Part shown: positions 38,969-51,310 of the stretch, one piece after another
Layout of the letters: each line of letters starts with the position of its first letter
Position numbering within the stretch: the stretch's first letter is position 1
Assembly (NCBI GenBank): GCA_951406725.2
Contig: OX597816.1
Coordinates: forward strand, 149,048,001 to 149,112,000
Length of the DNA stretch: 64,000 nucleotides
DNA from: Octopus vulgaris
Taxonomy: Eukaryota
Direction of reading: 5' to 3'
Position numbers and translations under genes: made by a program
Notes under the pieces: model-generated
The model's database searches: none
Told to the model about the DNA's origin: nothing
What the model saw: only the letters and a program-made list of their open reading frames with translations

Positions 38969-39660
38969 TCATACCTACCATTCAATGTCATTCTAAAATT
39001 AATCACATCATCAAAATCTCAAAGCTATGAGATAATGCATGATTATTTCAAAACAATGTGAATAAAGAAGCATTATATTTGACAGAGATATCTGAATGCT
39101 AAAGAGTTGGATGATCAATGAACTTCTCATATTGCAGCACACAATTTTCCTAACTCTACAGAAAATATTCCTGAATACTGGTTGGTACAAGTTAAAAGAC
39201 GTAAAAGATAGACTTCATAACGAAAAATACGATTTGCTTTCATATTTCATAACAAATTTACCTACAGTACCACGTTTGCCAGCATTCGTTCTACGTATAA
39301 AGCTAAGTAAAATACAGCTATTTCTATTTCAAACGATATCTTTACTATCTAGGTTTTTTCCCCCCCAAACCTTAACTGGAGTTATGTTAAAGGTTTCAAT
39401 TGCAGCCCTGCTTAAAGTTACAAGTATATCTGGAAAACTCAGCCACTTACACCAAAAATGAGAAGTTAATTCGGTTATATAACTTGTAAACTCGTCAATC
39501 TCGACACACACACACATTTTTATTCTGCCTCTGTACATCTGAAGATATAGGCATGTATCTGCATCTACGAAACTGTAAGTAATGTGGAGCTGAGTCAATA
39601 AGTTATTAAATATTTACAACACCTCAACGGATGAGAGCTGATTCACCTGTATATACTTAC

Positions 39661-40065
39661 AAACATTCTTTGCTGATTTCTAGCGTTCTCATTCCTGGTC
39701 ATCTGTTTCCTTCTCATCTTCCTCTTTTGGTCTTTAGCCAGCAAACCCTGCCCTTCGTCAGTAAGTCGTGCCAGCTTTTTTCTGGCGAATCTTAGCCTAT
39801 TCTTGACCAGTAGTTCCTTTCTCTCTTCATCAGTCATCGCCTTCCTCCTTTTCGCCATTCTTAGCCTTTCCTTGTCTCGTACCTCCTGTCTTTTTTCAAC
39901 AGACATCGCCTGTCTTATTCTGGCAATTCTTTGCCTTTCCTTGGCTAATCGCTCTGTCCTTTCTTCAGGAGACATCGCTTGCTTTTTCTTGGCCCTTCGT
40001 TGTCTATCTTTCGTTCTCTCCTGCTCTCTCTCCTCGGCAGACATCTCATGTCTTTTTCTGCTCAT
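39661..40065 (-). CDS. Exon encoding four basic 23-aa (STPR-like) repeats; candidate first coding exon of BTB paralog 2 (589-aa model)
   Basis: MSAEEREQERTKDRQRRAKKKQA / MSPEERTERLAKERQRIARIRQA / MSVEKRQEVRDKERLRMAKRRKA / MTDEERKELLVKNRLRFARKKLA; ends TTT|GTAAGT in phase 0, compatible with the phase-0 acceptor at 34278. The splice link is inferred. Confidence 0.55.
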
Positions 40066-40800
40066 CTTGTCCAAATATTTAGCGTGTACCTCCACTTTGA
40101 ATGTGGGTGATAAATTTTTATATACTTCTTTTTTTATTTTATTTTACTAGTGTCTGCCTTTACCGATGTCAAATCTTTTACAACAAATGTAATTTATACT
40201 CTCAAGGACTTGACTTGTTATTGTAACAATCTAACGGTGCAGAGCTATTCGCTTGATCCACTAAAAAACTTTTCCGCATTTTTCACTGTTAAAAGTCTAC
40301 AGTAGATTATTACAGAAAACAGTTTTGTTCTCTTATTACATCAGCCGGTAATACCAATCTCTTTTAAATTTCCTTCAAATCACATCCTACCTTCTTAAAT
40401 AAGGAAAGGATGCTTTATATTAAGTAAACCTATTATAAGCCTATACTTCTTAAAAGATGGAACGATCCTTACCCTGAATGTTTCAGATCATAGACCTCCT
40501 GGTCATAGTTGACTTGGGACTGAACGACAATCATTAAAAAAAAAAGAAAAAAGAATTTGTAGGGTTACATTTCGAGATATTATCCTATTGCTGACCAACT
40601 GTTAACCTTTCTTTTTACGATCTATTTCAGGTCAATTTCGTTGCTTACTATCAACACTTTGCTGAGTTGGTGAGATGCGTGAAAAAAACAAACTCACCTT
40701 TCCACACTTTCAGAATAAAACAATCTTGGTAAATTCATATTTTAATTAGTAGTACCGTAGTACTTAGTTATATAATAAATATTTTAACAGTTGCCACTTT

Positions 40801-40925
40801 GGCGATCCTTCGGTATAAGTACACACGTGACTTTGTTTACATTTCTGAAGATAACAGAACCCCCCTCCCCCCAATATATAAAAAAAAAACACTACTTACA
40901 CCGGTACTTATACCGAAGTTACGCC
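40801..40925. mobile_element. 125-bp MITE of the GGCGAT family
   Basis: GGCGATCCTTCGGTATAAGTAC...GTACTTATACCGAAGTTACGCC. Confidence 0.75.
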
Positions 40926-41157
40926 CTTTTATTTATTATTTACTTTTTAGCCTGGAAAATATTCTAAATCGGAACTTTAAATTCCTGCGGCCGCCCACGA
41001 TGATTTCACGACTTCAAATGACATTCAGATTATTTACACTTTAGCTCTTACTTCAAATATGTGAATTATCTACCTCTCTCCGTAGAATGGCCATATTCGA
41101 AACTTTAGAATTCGTGTTTTCTTTATGAAAAACAAACTTACTTCGCACATCATGAAC

Positions 41158-41298
41158 GAAAGGCTAAGAATGGCGAAAAGGAGGAAGGCGATGACTGATG
41201 AAGAGAGAAAGGAACTACTGGTCAAGAATAGGCTAAGATTCGCCAGAAAAAAGCTGGCACGACTTACTGACGAAAGGCAGGGTTTGCTGGCTAAAGAC
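41158..41298 (+). repeat. Near-perfect inverted duplicate of 39730-39870
   Basis: gaaaggctaagaatggcgaaaaggagg...ggtttgctggctaaagac is the reverse complement of the exon sequence with one visible substitution. Confidence 0.92.
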
Positions 41299-41797
41299 TA
41301 AATCATGAACTGATTTTTGCTGAAGCAGATCGTCACTAGTTCCCGAGATTATTAGTCTGTTTAAATCAGTGATTCTCAACAATTTTTTTTCTTCTGTATT
41401 CTTTTGATATGACTCGACAGAATCAAAACACTTCAATTCGGCTGTTTCCGTGAAAGCACGTGTCTGTGTCTTGTCAAATGAAGTAGAAGAAAGCTAATGG
41501 GTTGTACGTACGTGCGTACCTATTCTTGTCTATACCTGTTCTATTTTTATGTATTTATGTATTTATCTATCTATCTATCTCTGGACAGACAGACGCAAGC
41601 CAAACGGGCTCCAAGTAAGTTGGTCATTTTGTACGTTCAAAAGTGTTTATTGTCAAATATTTTGTGTTTAAAAGTTGTGTAACAACATCCACTGCAAACC
41701 TTGATTAATATCTACACAAAATTTCGTCCCTTGTGGGCAAAATTTTTAAAATTCTCATAGGCCTCGTGTTGTATTTTAGCCATTTTTATTTTCAAAA

Positions 41798-43863
41798 ATG
41801 GCTACTGGTCACTACGAGGCTAAGGCGCAAGTCAAGCGTGACGCCAAAACAAAAAAGCAGGATTCCCTGTCACCATGCGCTGAACTTGACAGTTTGAACG
41901 CTACTAACACCACCACCATCAGCATCGACAACAGCAACAACTACATAACAAAGGTCGCAAGGCCAAGCACCGTCACCGCCACCAATGATTCCACCATCAA
42001 CACCGACACCAATGATTCCACCATCAACACCGACACCACCACCATGGCAGCTTCTGCTACCTCTGCTAACGATACCACTAACAACAACAACAAAACCAAG
42101 GTCGCAAGGCCAATCCCTGTCACCGCAACCAATGATTCTACCAACACCGACACCCTCCTTGACAACGCTTACGACGTTGAGTTCCCCATACTGCTTTCAC
42201 CACAATTTCATAAAGCAGGGGAAATGGGGAAAAACAACACGAACACAAATGTGAGCATGAACGCTAACATCGCGACCTCCACTCAAAAACTGGTAAACAA
42301 CCCTACTTCACAGTTATCTACTACTACGAACGACTCTGCCACAAACATCACCACCACCACCACCTCCACAAAAAACAATTTCGTGGAAGCCATACGACCG
42401 AAAAGAAGAATCCTAAAATTTACTCACCAACAAATACAAGACACAAAGTCCTTGCTCACCAAAGAAGGTGACACAATGCATTTAAATATTCCATAGAAGA
42501 AACACAAAAGAAGACCATCATTTACAGAATACTCAACACCAAAACAAAAAGACCAGAAAGCCTACCTAAAGGAAAAATTGAAAAGTGCCTCTCTTCCGTG
42601 TGGAAATTCCGAAATTATGTGAATTGGGGAAGTAAATTTGCTACCGTGCAAGTTCGCTTTCATACGGAAGAACTAGCAAAAAAGTTTTCAACCCTTACTC
42701 TGCGCACAGGACAGGTAACAATGGTTACGAAAGTTACGCAGAGTTACGAAAGTTACAATATACAATGTGCCGCCAGTAGTGAATACCTAGTGGCTGGTAT
42801 CGGCCATCTGCTTCGATATAGAAGAAGCAGATATTTTAGAAATAGCTGATATTCCATAGGAAAGCTGGACTGGTAAAATACTCGAAATATTGCTTCAAAT
42901 CTCCCAAGAAGCAATAAACAATTTACCATCCAGTGTTCAACTGGCAAAAGGTCAAAAATTGTATGTAGTGGTGGAGGACAGGAGGCCAAGATGCTATTTA
43001 TGCAACAGTGAGGCACACCTTAGATATGAGTGCCCAACTGCTGTCAGAAATAGGCAACAGCAACCACTCCCCAAACCTGGAAGGAGACCCGTGCTACCCA
43101 CACCACCTTCAACCCAAAAGACAGGAAAAACAGCGGACGATACAAAAACTGTTTCCCCCTCACCAACCACATCACCAAGAAGAGAATTACCTCCGACATC
43201 ACAACCAACAAAAGAAACAACATCACCACCAACATCAGAAGACAGACCAACACCAGCACCAAGAACAACAACCAAAAAAACAAATAACAATGACGAAAAG
43301 ACAAATTCTGCCCCTAATACCCCAACAACACAAACAGCACACAAAACAACAACACCTTCTACAAACACACATATAGATCCAAACGCTTTGCCTTTACCCC
43401 CTTCTGATTCGTCGAACTCGTCGTCCAACGACGAAAGTTCGACGGAATGGCAAATAGCCACAGGGGGTAAAAGGAAAAGACCAAAAAAGCCCACCAAACA
43501 AGTAAGTAAAGCAGGGAGATATTTAACTTCGGACAGCATCCCCTTAGACAATGAAAAAAAATCAATGACCCCGCAAAACCACACACACAACTAACAGCAA
43601 TAGACACGGACAATAAAAAACTAATGGATTACATTGCATCCAACACGAACATCTGCGAAGATGACTTTAAGACAATCATCCACGCACCACTCCACCGAAA
43701 CACATAAGAATTGTACACATAACACAAACACAACACCATACACTGAAAACCATATTTCCAAATGCGGTTGGGGGGTTTCAAAAATACCTCTCAAAAAAAC
43801 TATTCAAACATCTCCGCAAAGACACTACAAAAGATGAAGAAAAAACTGAAACTTTCGAAATGA
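41798..43863 (+). pseudogene. LINE A ORF1 (T/N-rich leader, RRM-like region, CX2CX4HX4C knuckle, P/T-rich tail); disrupted
   Basis: RRPRCYLCNSEAHLRYECP; several in-frame stops and frameshifts. Confidence 0.8.
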
Positions 43864-43937
43864 GTAAGTCACCTTCCCTCTTGCCTCTTGTCTCTTCCAG
43901 TGCAGTGTGTGAAACACAAATTTCTTAAACGTCAATT

Positions 43938-46900
43938 ATGCTTAAATTAGGTTGTGTGAATGCGCGTGGCTTGGCATCAGCTTGGAAACAAGGTTACCTT
44001 CTAAACAACATCAAGTCACTGAACGTGGATATGGTAGCTATCAGTGAAACCAGACTCAGCAAGCCGCGGGTCCTCGCGTGCATGTTTGGCGACCAATTTG
44101 ACATTTATTTTTCTCTCTGTCTGCCGAACATGGGTGGTGGAGGTACCGTGGTGCTTTTTCGAAAGAATCTAAATGTAAAAGTAAGAACAATATTCCTAGG
44201 CTGGTTGTCTTGGACGTGGATGGCAGAAATGGGTGTGCATTCTGTCTGATGGCAGTTTATGCACCGTCCTTAACGGGTCGGGCGGATTTCTTCAGACGTC
44301 TAGAGGTTTTCCTGGGTACGTCTAGACCTTTACTGTTAGTGGGGGATTGGAACGCTACCTTGGACACGCATATAGATTATGTGGGAATGGATAGGAATAG
44401 AAGGGGGTGTAAGTGCCTCAAAGACCTACTCAGACGTTTCCATTTGTCTGACAGGTTCCGACTCCACCATCCGAACGTGGACTTGGACAAACCGTGTCGG
44501 ATCGTCGAGATCTTATCTAGATAGAATTCTATGCAGGACAGCGGATAGGGATAGTGTAGGATGTCCACAATTTAAAATAGTCAGCTACACAGATCACAAA
44601 TTTGTGACGTGTACGCTCGACTTAGATAAGACACATAGACAGGGTCCCGGTTACTGGAAATTGAACACGTCGCTCTTAGCGCGACAGGTTTACAAGAACC
44701 GGATTAGCGAGCTAATTAAGAGGGCGCTGGCGGGAGCCGTCGTTAACAACCGCTGGTGGTTCGCCCTGAAAATGGCAATAAAATCGGAATCAATTAGGTT
44801 TAGCAAGGAATTAGCGATAGATCGAAATAGAGTAGAGGGAGACCTGGTTAAGAAACTAGAAGAGGCACTTACCACTGGCAGCACAACCAACGTGCTGGCT
44901 GCGAGGATGGCCCTCGACCAATACCTCAACGCCAAGCACGAAGGTTGTGTCGTCAGAGCTAAAATGCGTGCCTTAAGGAACGAAGCTGTGCGAGAGGCCC
45001 GGGTAGCGGAGGCGCAGCGTGGCAACAGAGCCACCATTCGGTCTCTAATAGATCAACAGGGATGCAGTTTACTCGAACCCGAAAGGATGTGTGAGGCCTT
45101 TCAACAGCACTTTGCTCGACTGTTTTGTGCGAGTGGTGGGTCGGAACGCGGGATGGATTTCAGTGCCTACCTGACCGACCTGCCGCGGCTCTCGGCAAAA
45201 GAAGCGGAGTGTTGTGAAAGTCCCATCACAGCCGCTGACGTGCGGGCTGCGCGAGTGATAAGTCGCCTGGATTGGATGGTTTACCCTACGAGCTGTATTG
45301 TCAAATGCCAGACTTGTTTGGCGACCTCTTGGCATCAGTCTACTGCAACTGGCAACAAAACGAGAGAATCCCTGGTTTCGTGAGCCGAGGTGCAGTGACG
45401 TTGCTGAAGAAAGATCCAAACAAGGGGAATTTTATAGATAATTTCAGGCCCATCACTCTGCTCAACGCAGATTTGAAAAAGTAATAGCCGAGAGGTTGGC
45501 GCTTGTCATTGGTAAACTGGTCGACAGGGCGCAAACATGCACCGTGCCGGGCAGAACCATACATGACAATCTCCATCTGATGCGCTACATTGTGGACAGG
45601 GTAGTTAAGGATTCTGACATGGGTGGGGCGCTGATCAATTTGGATCAGTCTAAAGCCTTCGATAGGGTCGACCATCGGTACTTGGCGGCTGGCTTCGGTC
45701 CCGTCTTCCGCGGTTGGATCGCTGCCTTGTATAGCGGCATCCGATCGGTGATTCGGGCGAACGGCCACCTGTCGAAACCGTTTGACATCACGCGTTCGGT
45801 CCGTCAGGGGTGTCCCCTGTCGGCGCTTCTGTATGTATTGACTCTCGAGCCGCTACTGCGGAAGCTGGCGACACTGAGGGGCATCCCATGGGAACTGGGT
45901 TGCGGGACGAGCGTGTCGGCATATGCGGACGATGTCACCGTCATACTGTCGAGCGAAAAACACATCCAGATGATAGGCGAGACACTAAGAAAATACGAAA
46001 CGGTGACGGGAGCGAGGATTAACCCGGAAAAGTCAGTGGGTTTGCTACTCGGCACCTAGAGAAGCAAGCCCATGCCGTCCGACTGCGGCTCAGTAGTGGG
46101 ACGCTGGACGGACGGACCGGTTAAATTGCTCGGGGTCTGGTTCAGTCCGAACCTCCAAATGGATAAGAACTGGAACGAGATCACGAATAGAGTGGTCGCT
46201 CTCAGCCAAACATGGGCCGAGAGAAAGCTGTCTCTAAAAGGTCAGGCGGAGGTGTCGAACGCGTACATCGCATCCGTCATCGATTACCGCCTGACCGTCG
46301 TGCCTTGTCCCGGCGCCACCATCACCAAACTGGAACGCATATTCTTCCGCTTCCTGTGGAAGGGTGGCGTTCCAATGGTGAGGAGGTCCATTTGCTGTCA
46401 ATATCCGTTGAATGGAGGACTGGGCATGCCGTGGTTGATGATGCGCTGAGACTGCGACATCTCTGGAACTTCATCGATGACGGTGAACAGGTGTGGGCGC
46501 CGTTTGTGAGGCGCGCCTTCCCGTAGCACGTCTCACTGACCGAAGTGCAAACGTGGATCAAGAAGAGACCGAAACTGGGCGATTGGCACCAAGAGTGTCG
46601 CCAAGCTCTACAGCAGCTCTGCCGACCGGGGTCAAACTTGTGCAACTTACAAACGACTAAAGCGTTCTATAGAGGACTAGTGGAGGGGAGGTCCGACGAC
46701 ACACTCGGGGCAAATCTGGTCGTCGACGAGAAATTCCTAACCCGCCTGTTCAGGACGACGTTCGGGCCGGGGCTTATGGATAACTTCCAGAAATCCCTGG
46801 CTTGGCAATGCTATCGAGACGCACTACCTGTTCGAGAGAAGAGCTACAGGCACGGTTCGAAAACCATCACCGGACCATCCTGCCCGAGATGCAGTCAGAG

Positions 46901-47298
46901 CGATGAAACCGTTCTGCACGCACTCGTGCAGTGTCCAGATATTTCAGAGCTGTGGACCTTTGTCGAGCAGCTGTTGTCGCGTGTAGGACGGGCCCGCTTA
47001 TCGGCCGAGTCTATCGTGAATATTGTTCCACCACCTTCCTTTAAACGGGAAGGGAAAACGGTTTTCGTTACCCTGATGGCTATGGCGAAATAATGTGTGT
47101 GGTGGACGCGTTTGAAAGGACTGCAAACAAACACCTTCCTCTGGTTAGTCTCTCGTCAACTTTTTCAAGTACCATTTGAAAAGGAGGATGAGAATAGAGA
47201 GGAAGGCTTTGTCGAACGAATGTTTTAATAAAAAGTGGGTAAAAGTGGCAAAAATGGTCAGTATGAAAGACGACACTATTTTAAGCGTAAATCTGTAA
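43938..47298 (+). pseudogene. LINE A ORF2 (AP endonuclease, reverse transcriptase, C-terminal zinc finger); disrupted
   Basis: CVNARGL, ISET, VGDWNA, SYLDRI, YTDHK, GPGYWKLN, FRPITLLNAD, LDQSKAFDRV, VRQGCPLS, AYADDVT, CPRC...ETVLHALVQC. Confidence 0.92.
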
Positions 47299-47412
47299 CC
47301 AAAACAGACAACGAGAGGTAAGGTGACTTACTCGTGTTCATTTTCGAACTGTCTGAGGTGACCTTGGTCTTTTTTGTAGGTTTTTCTTTCCAGGGCTACA
47401 CCTAAACTGTGA

Positions 47413-47416
<4 letters not shown>

Positions 47417-47493
<77 letters not shown>
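47417..47493. repeat. (TA)n microsatellite in the LINE A 3' UTR
   Basis: Pure TA run. Confidence 0.95.
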
Positions 47494-47499
<6 letters not shown>

Positions 47500-47759
47500 T
47501 TTATACACCACACAACCCACAGATCCCTATTAATCGAACGTTTTTTTTTTTCTTTGTGTCCCACCCATCCCACTTCGAAAAGAAAAAACTCTACATTGTA
47601 TTTCGTCCATTTTTATTCTGTGTTTAGCCCTGTGTGGCCACAATAAAAAGTCATGTATTTATGTGTTGTGGAATATAACGAAATTATGCCAGCAATGTCT
47701 CATTTTAAACTGCTTTCGGTTGCTTTATTCTCAATGCTCGTATATTTCAATTGATGCCT

Positions 47760-50700
47760 ATTTGTTATTGTAAGTTCGTTTCTGTGTGTGTTTTTTTATT
47801 ATTATTTGAACTGTTATCTTGCGACAAACAGTAATTTTCGCCCTACGGGGCAGAAAATTTCTGCATTTGTAAAATTTATTTCTTGTCATTTGTGACAAGT
47901 TCCCTTTTTGTACTACCATGGAGTGCGACCTCGCATCGAGAAAAGATTTTCCGGCAATAACAAAGGAAATGAAAAGGACAAAAAAAGTTTTTCGGCAGCC
48001 GTAGGAGGCAATGTCATTGAACTGGAAGTAGCAATGGACAAGCTCTTTCAGTTCAGAAAATTAATTGTAAAAAATGGTGATGAAACCAAGTTGGAACCGC
48101 CCCCGGAAACTGTACAGGCAATACGGGAAAAGACAGTGGTGTAAAAAGTTTTTAACGTCAAGGAAAAAAGAATCTCCGAGGTGAAAAATCAAATGGTGGA
48201 GCAATGTATGACTCCAATATGGAACAAAGTGCGCTACGTTAACCGAGGTGTACGAAGTACTACAGTAGAAGCACATTTCGAGTCTGCTAACATAGCAAAA
48301 GAGATTTCAACGCAGAGGAAATCATGTTGCTGCTGACATACTTAGGCCGGCGAACAGCGAAAATATTTGTGGAAGACATACCAGCAGGGTATGATGTAAT
48401 GTGGGCAGCAACGGCAGTGATATACGACGTGGAGTGCAAGATTACAATCCTGAACATGAGGATGAAGGAAGCCACAAACTGGAGGGGACAGAGTTTAGAG
48501 ATGGTTGTCCAAGGGGACAACCAGACACTCGAAAGTTTGCCCGATAGGGTCTCCGTAGGCGAAGGAATACAATTCGTGTATCGGTGGAGGGATGTAGGCC
48601 CAGATGCTTTAAGTGCGGGGAGAAGGGTCATGTACGCTCTACCTTCACGAAAAAAAAATAGTCGAGGTCCCTCCCCAAAACGAAGTGAGACAGGAGAGCG
48701 TTGCTCAAAAAAAAAAAGCAAAAAGAACAAAGTGAAAAACAAAATGAAGAACAGTAGAAAGAAGGAAAACGACCAAACGGTGATGAAATTTACAACTGTG
48801 ACATATAAACGCAAAAAAGAAAGCACCCCGGACTCCCCTCCCCAAATAAAAAGAAAAACAGCAAACACGCAAGAACAACACCAAAAAATTCCCCAATCCC
48901 TCCCAGCTAACACTACATTTGGAGGTCAGCTTTTTAATAAACCCACCCCACTGTGCTAAAAAGTTTTAAAAAGACTAACAAAATAATTTCGTTCAATGAT
49001 AAGAACGAAAAAGTACTTCGTTTAATCAGGGCTAATCGCCGCATAAAATTTTTTTAATGACTGGCGGGGAGCCCGACACACGTTACGCAAAAGTCGGAGA
49101 GGAGGAGTTGAAGGGAAAGCTCCTCCAGGAACACGTAAACAACAAAACTATAAAAGATGTTACTCAGGAAGTAATAGCTGGGAAGCTAATTATCAGCCCG
49201 GCAGCCACTCCAAACCAGAGCCCGGTGAAAAGCCCAGCAGCTACGGGGAGTGCTGGGGAAGCTGGCAGACAAAAACTGCCATACTCCTTCTCACAACAGT
49301 GAGTAAATTATTTTCTTTTCTTCAATGATTAAGTTAAGTTGTTTAAATGTGCGTGGAATTGGGTCGAGATGGAAACAAGCTTGTTTTCTGAACGACCTCA
49401 TGACATAGAATAGATGTTGTTATTGTAACCGAGTCCAAGATGAGTGGACCTCAAGCGTTCTCGCTTCTTCTGAGTAGTTACGAGAAATTTATTTCTCCGA
49501 GCCGAGGAGGGGGTGCAGGCGTAGTGGTTCTTGTCAGGAAGAACTTGGACTTACAGATAAGTACTGTCTTTCTGGACCCAGAAAGCAGGCTGGTTGTACT
49601 AGATGTGACTCATGTGAGTAAACAGTCCTTCAGGTTGGTAGCTGTCTACACTCCTGAGAAGTGTAGGCAGTCTGGTTTTTACGAGAACCTGGAGCACTTT
49701 CTAGTGACGTCTAAAACGTTAGTTTTGGTAGGGGACGTCAACACTATCCTCGATGCACGGGTCGATAGTGTGGGCTCAACTGATAGGAAAGGGAATCCTT
49801 GCCTCAAGGGTCTACTAGAGAGCTATAATCTAGTAGACCGTTACCGACTGGATGAGCTGAATGTTCCACAGTGGACGTGGAGTAACAACGACGGCTCACA
49901 CAGATCGTACCTAGATAGGGTATTTATTAAGGAAAGAGATAAGAATAGTGTTAGTTGTCCACAATTCTGTATTGTGCCTTACACGGATCACAAACTTGTG
50001 AAGGTGGAGCAAGGTGGAGGCCATAGTACAGAAGTTGTCTTGAAGGGCAGGACGGAGGTGGTGCAGGTGTTTATAGCATCTGTAATCACCTACCGCCTGT
50101 CCGTGGTACCTTGCCCCGATTTGTGGCTAAACAAGTTGGAACGACTCCTCTTCCGCTTTTTGTGGAAGGGAGGACATCCACTTGTGAAGCGCTCCATTTA
50201 CTGCCAGGAACCATTAAAGGGTGGACTGGGGATACCCTGGCTGAAGATGCGCAGATATGCATTGAGGCTGAGACATCTCTAGTGCCACCTGGAGGGTGAT
50301 AGGGTGTGGAGTCCGCTGGCGGAGGAGTTCTTGCCGCAACCGGCCTCTTTGGAGAGATTTAAACCCAGTCTCATTAAAAGATGTAACCTGACTTCATGGC
50401 AGAAGGAGTACCGTCAGGCACTCTGGCTGATCCACAAAACGAGCAAGGCTGGCAGCAGGAATACCACATCAGTGTTCTATAGAGGGCTGGTAGAGGCAAA
50501 AAACAATGACGTCCTAGGAGGGACTCTGGGGTTTAATGAGAACCAACTTGCCAACCTGTTCAAAAAAACTTTCAGGCCGAGGTACTTGGATAACCTCCAA
50601 AAATCCCTGACCTGGCAGTGCTATAGGAACGCTTTACCTGTTCAAGATAAGTTAGCCAGGCACGGAGTACCAGTGTCACCAACGTGTCCAAGATGTGGGT

Positions 50701-51310
50701 TGGACAATGAAACTGTCCAGCACGTTTTTGTACAATGTCGGGAGCTATCCAGCTTGATAAGTTACGTCGAACACGTGCTGTTGCATCTAGGACGAGTACA
50801 GCTGTCAGCTGAATCTATAATAAAGATGATACCGCCAACTGGACTCACAAAGAAAGGTAAGGCATGTTTTTACTGTACGGTTGCAGTACTGAAAGAGTGT
50901 GTTTGGAGGACGAGAATGGAAGGTTCTGTGAAAGGGTCCTTCATCTCTGCTGTCTTACTTCAGATACCATCTGAAGAGCAAGATGGGGTTGGAGAGGAAA
51001 TCCCTGCCACCGAGAGAATATGAGAAACGATGGAAGGATGTGATGAGAAAGTTGGGTGTTAGTAACCCAGCTTAATCATTGCTGAAAGGAAAAGATAGTT
51101 GCTGGGCCTTATAGGCTGCCGGGTTTCGATCTTTTAAACTTTTATTCGTTTTCTTTCTTTGTTTTATTTTATTTTAAAAAAGTTCTAGTTTAAAGGGAAT
51201 TAATCATTGTATAAAATATTTTTAAGTAAATTTTTAAAACGATATTCATACGAACTCATATAACATTTTTTGTTTTTGTTTGTCTTGTAATGTCCCTTTC
51301 TATGTAAGAT
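47760..51310 (+). mobile_element. Tx1/L1-like non-LTR retrotransposon B, internally deleted (lacks RT)
   Basis: Degraded ORF1 from about 47918; ORF2 starts ATG at 49325 (MIKLSCLNVRG); APE ends YTDHKLVKV and is joined directly to the post-RT LKGRTEVVQVFIASVITYRL; CPRC...ETVQHVFVQC; stop at 51073-51075. Confidence 0.85.

Larger units (their letters stand above)
41640..47649 (+). mobile_element. Near full-length Tx1/L1-like non-LTR retrotransposon A (inactivated)
   Basis: ORF1 with CCHC knuckle, ORF2 with APE-RT-zinc finger, 3' UTR ending AATAAAAAG; 5' boundary approximate. Confidence 0.9.

Noticed and set aside
39261-39290. Possible 29-nt micro-exon between the repeat exon and BTB-2
   Set aside because: Weak acceptor and would shift the frame; cannot be supported from sequence alone
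42994-43590. 198-aa hydrophobic minus-strand ORF and similar antisense ORFs over TEs and BTB exons
   Set aside because: Shadow ORFs of A/C-rich sense coding sequence
43864-43900. GTAAGT...polypyrimidine-CAG between LINE A ORF1 and ORF2 as a mini-intron
   Set aside because: Only about 37 nt and downstream of the putative ORF1 stop; better explained as one arm of the long-range duplex
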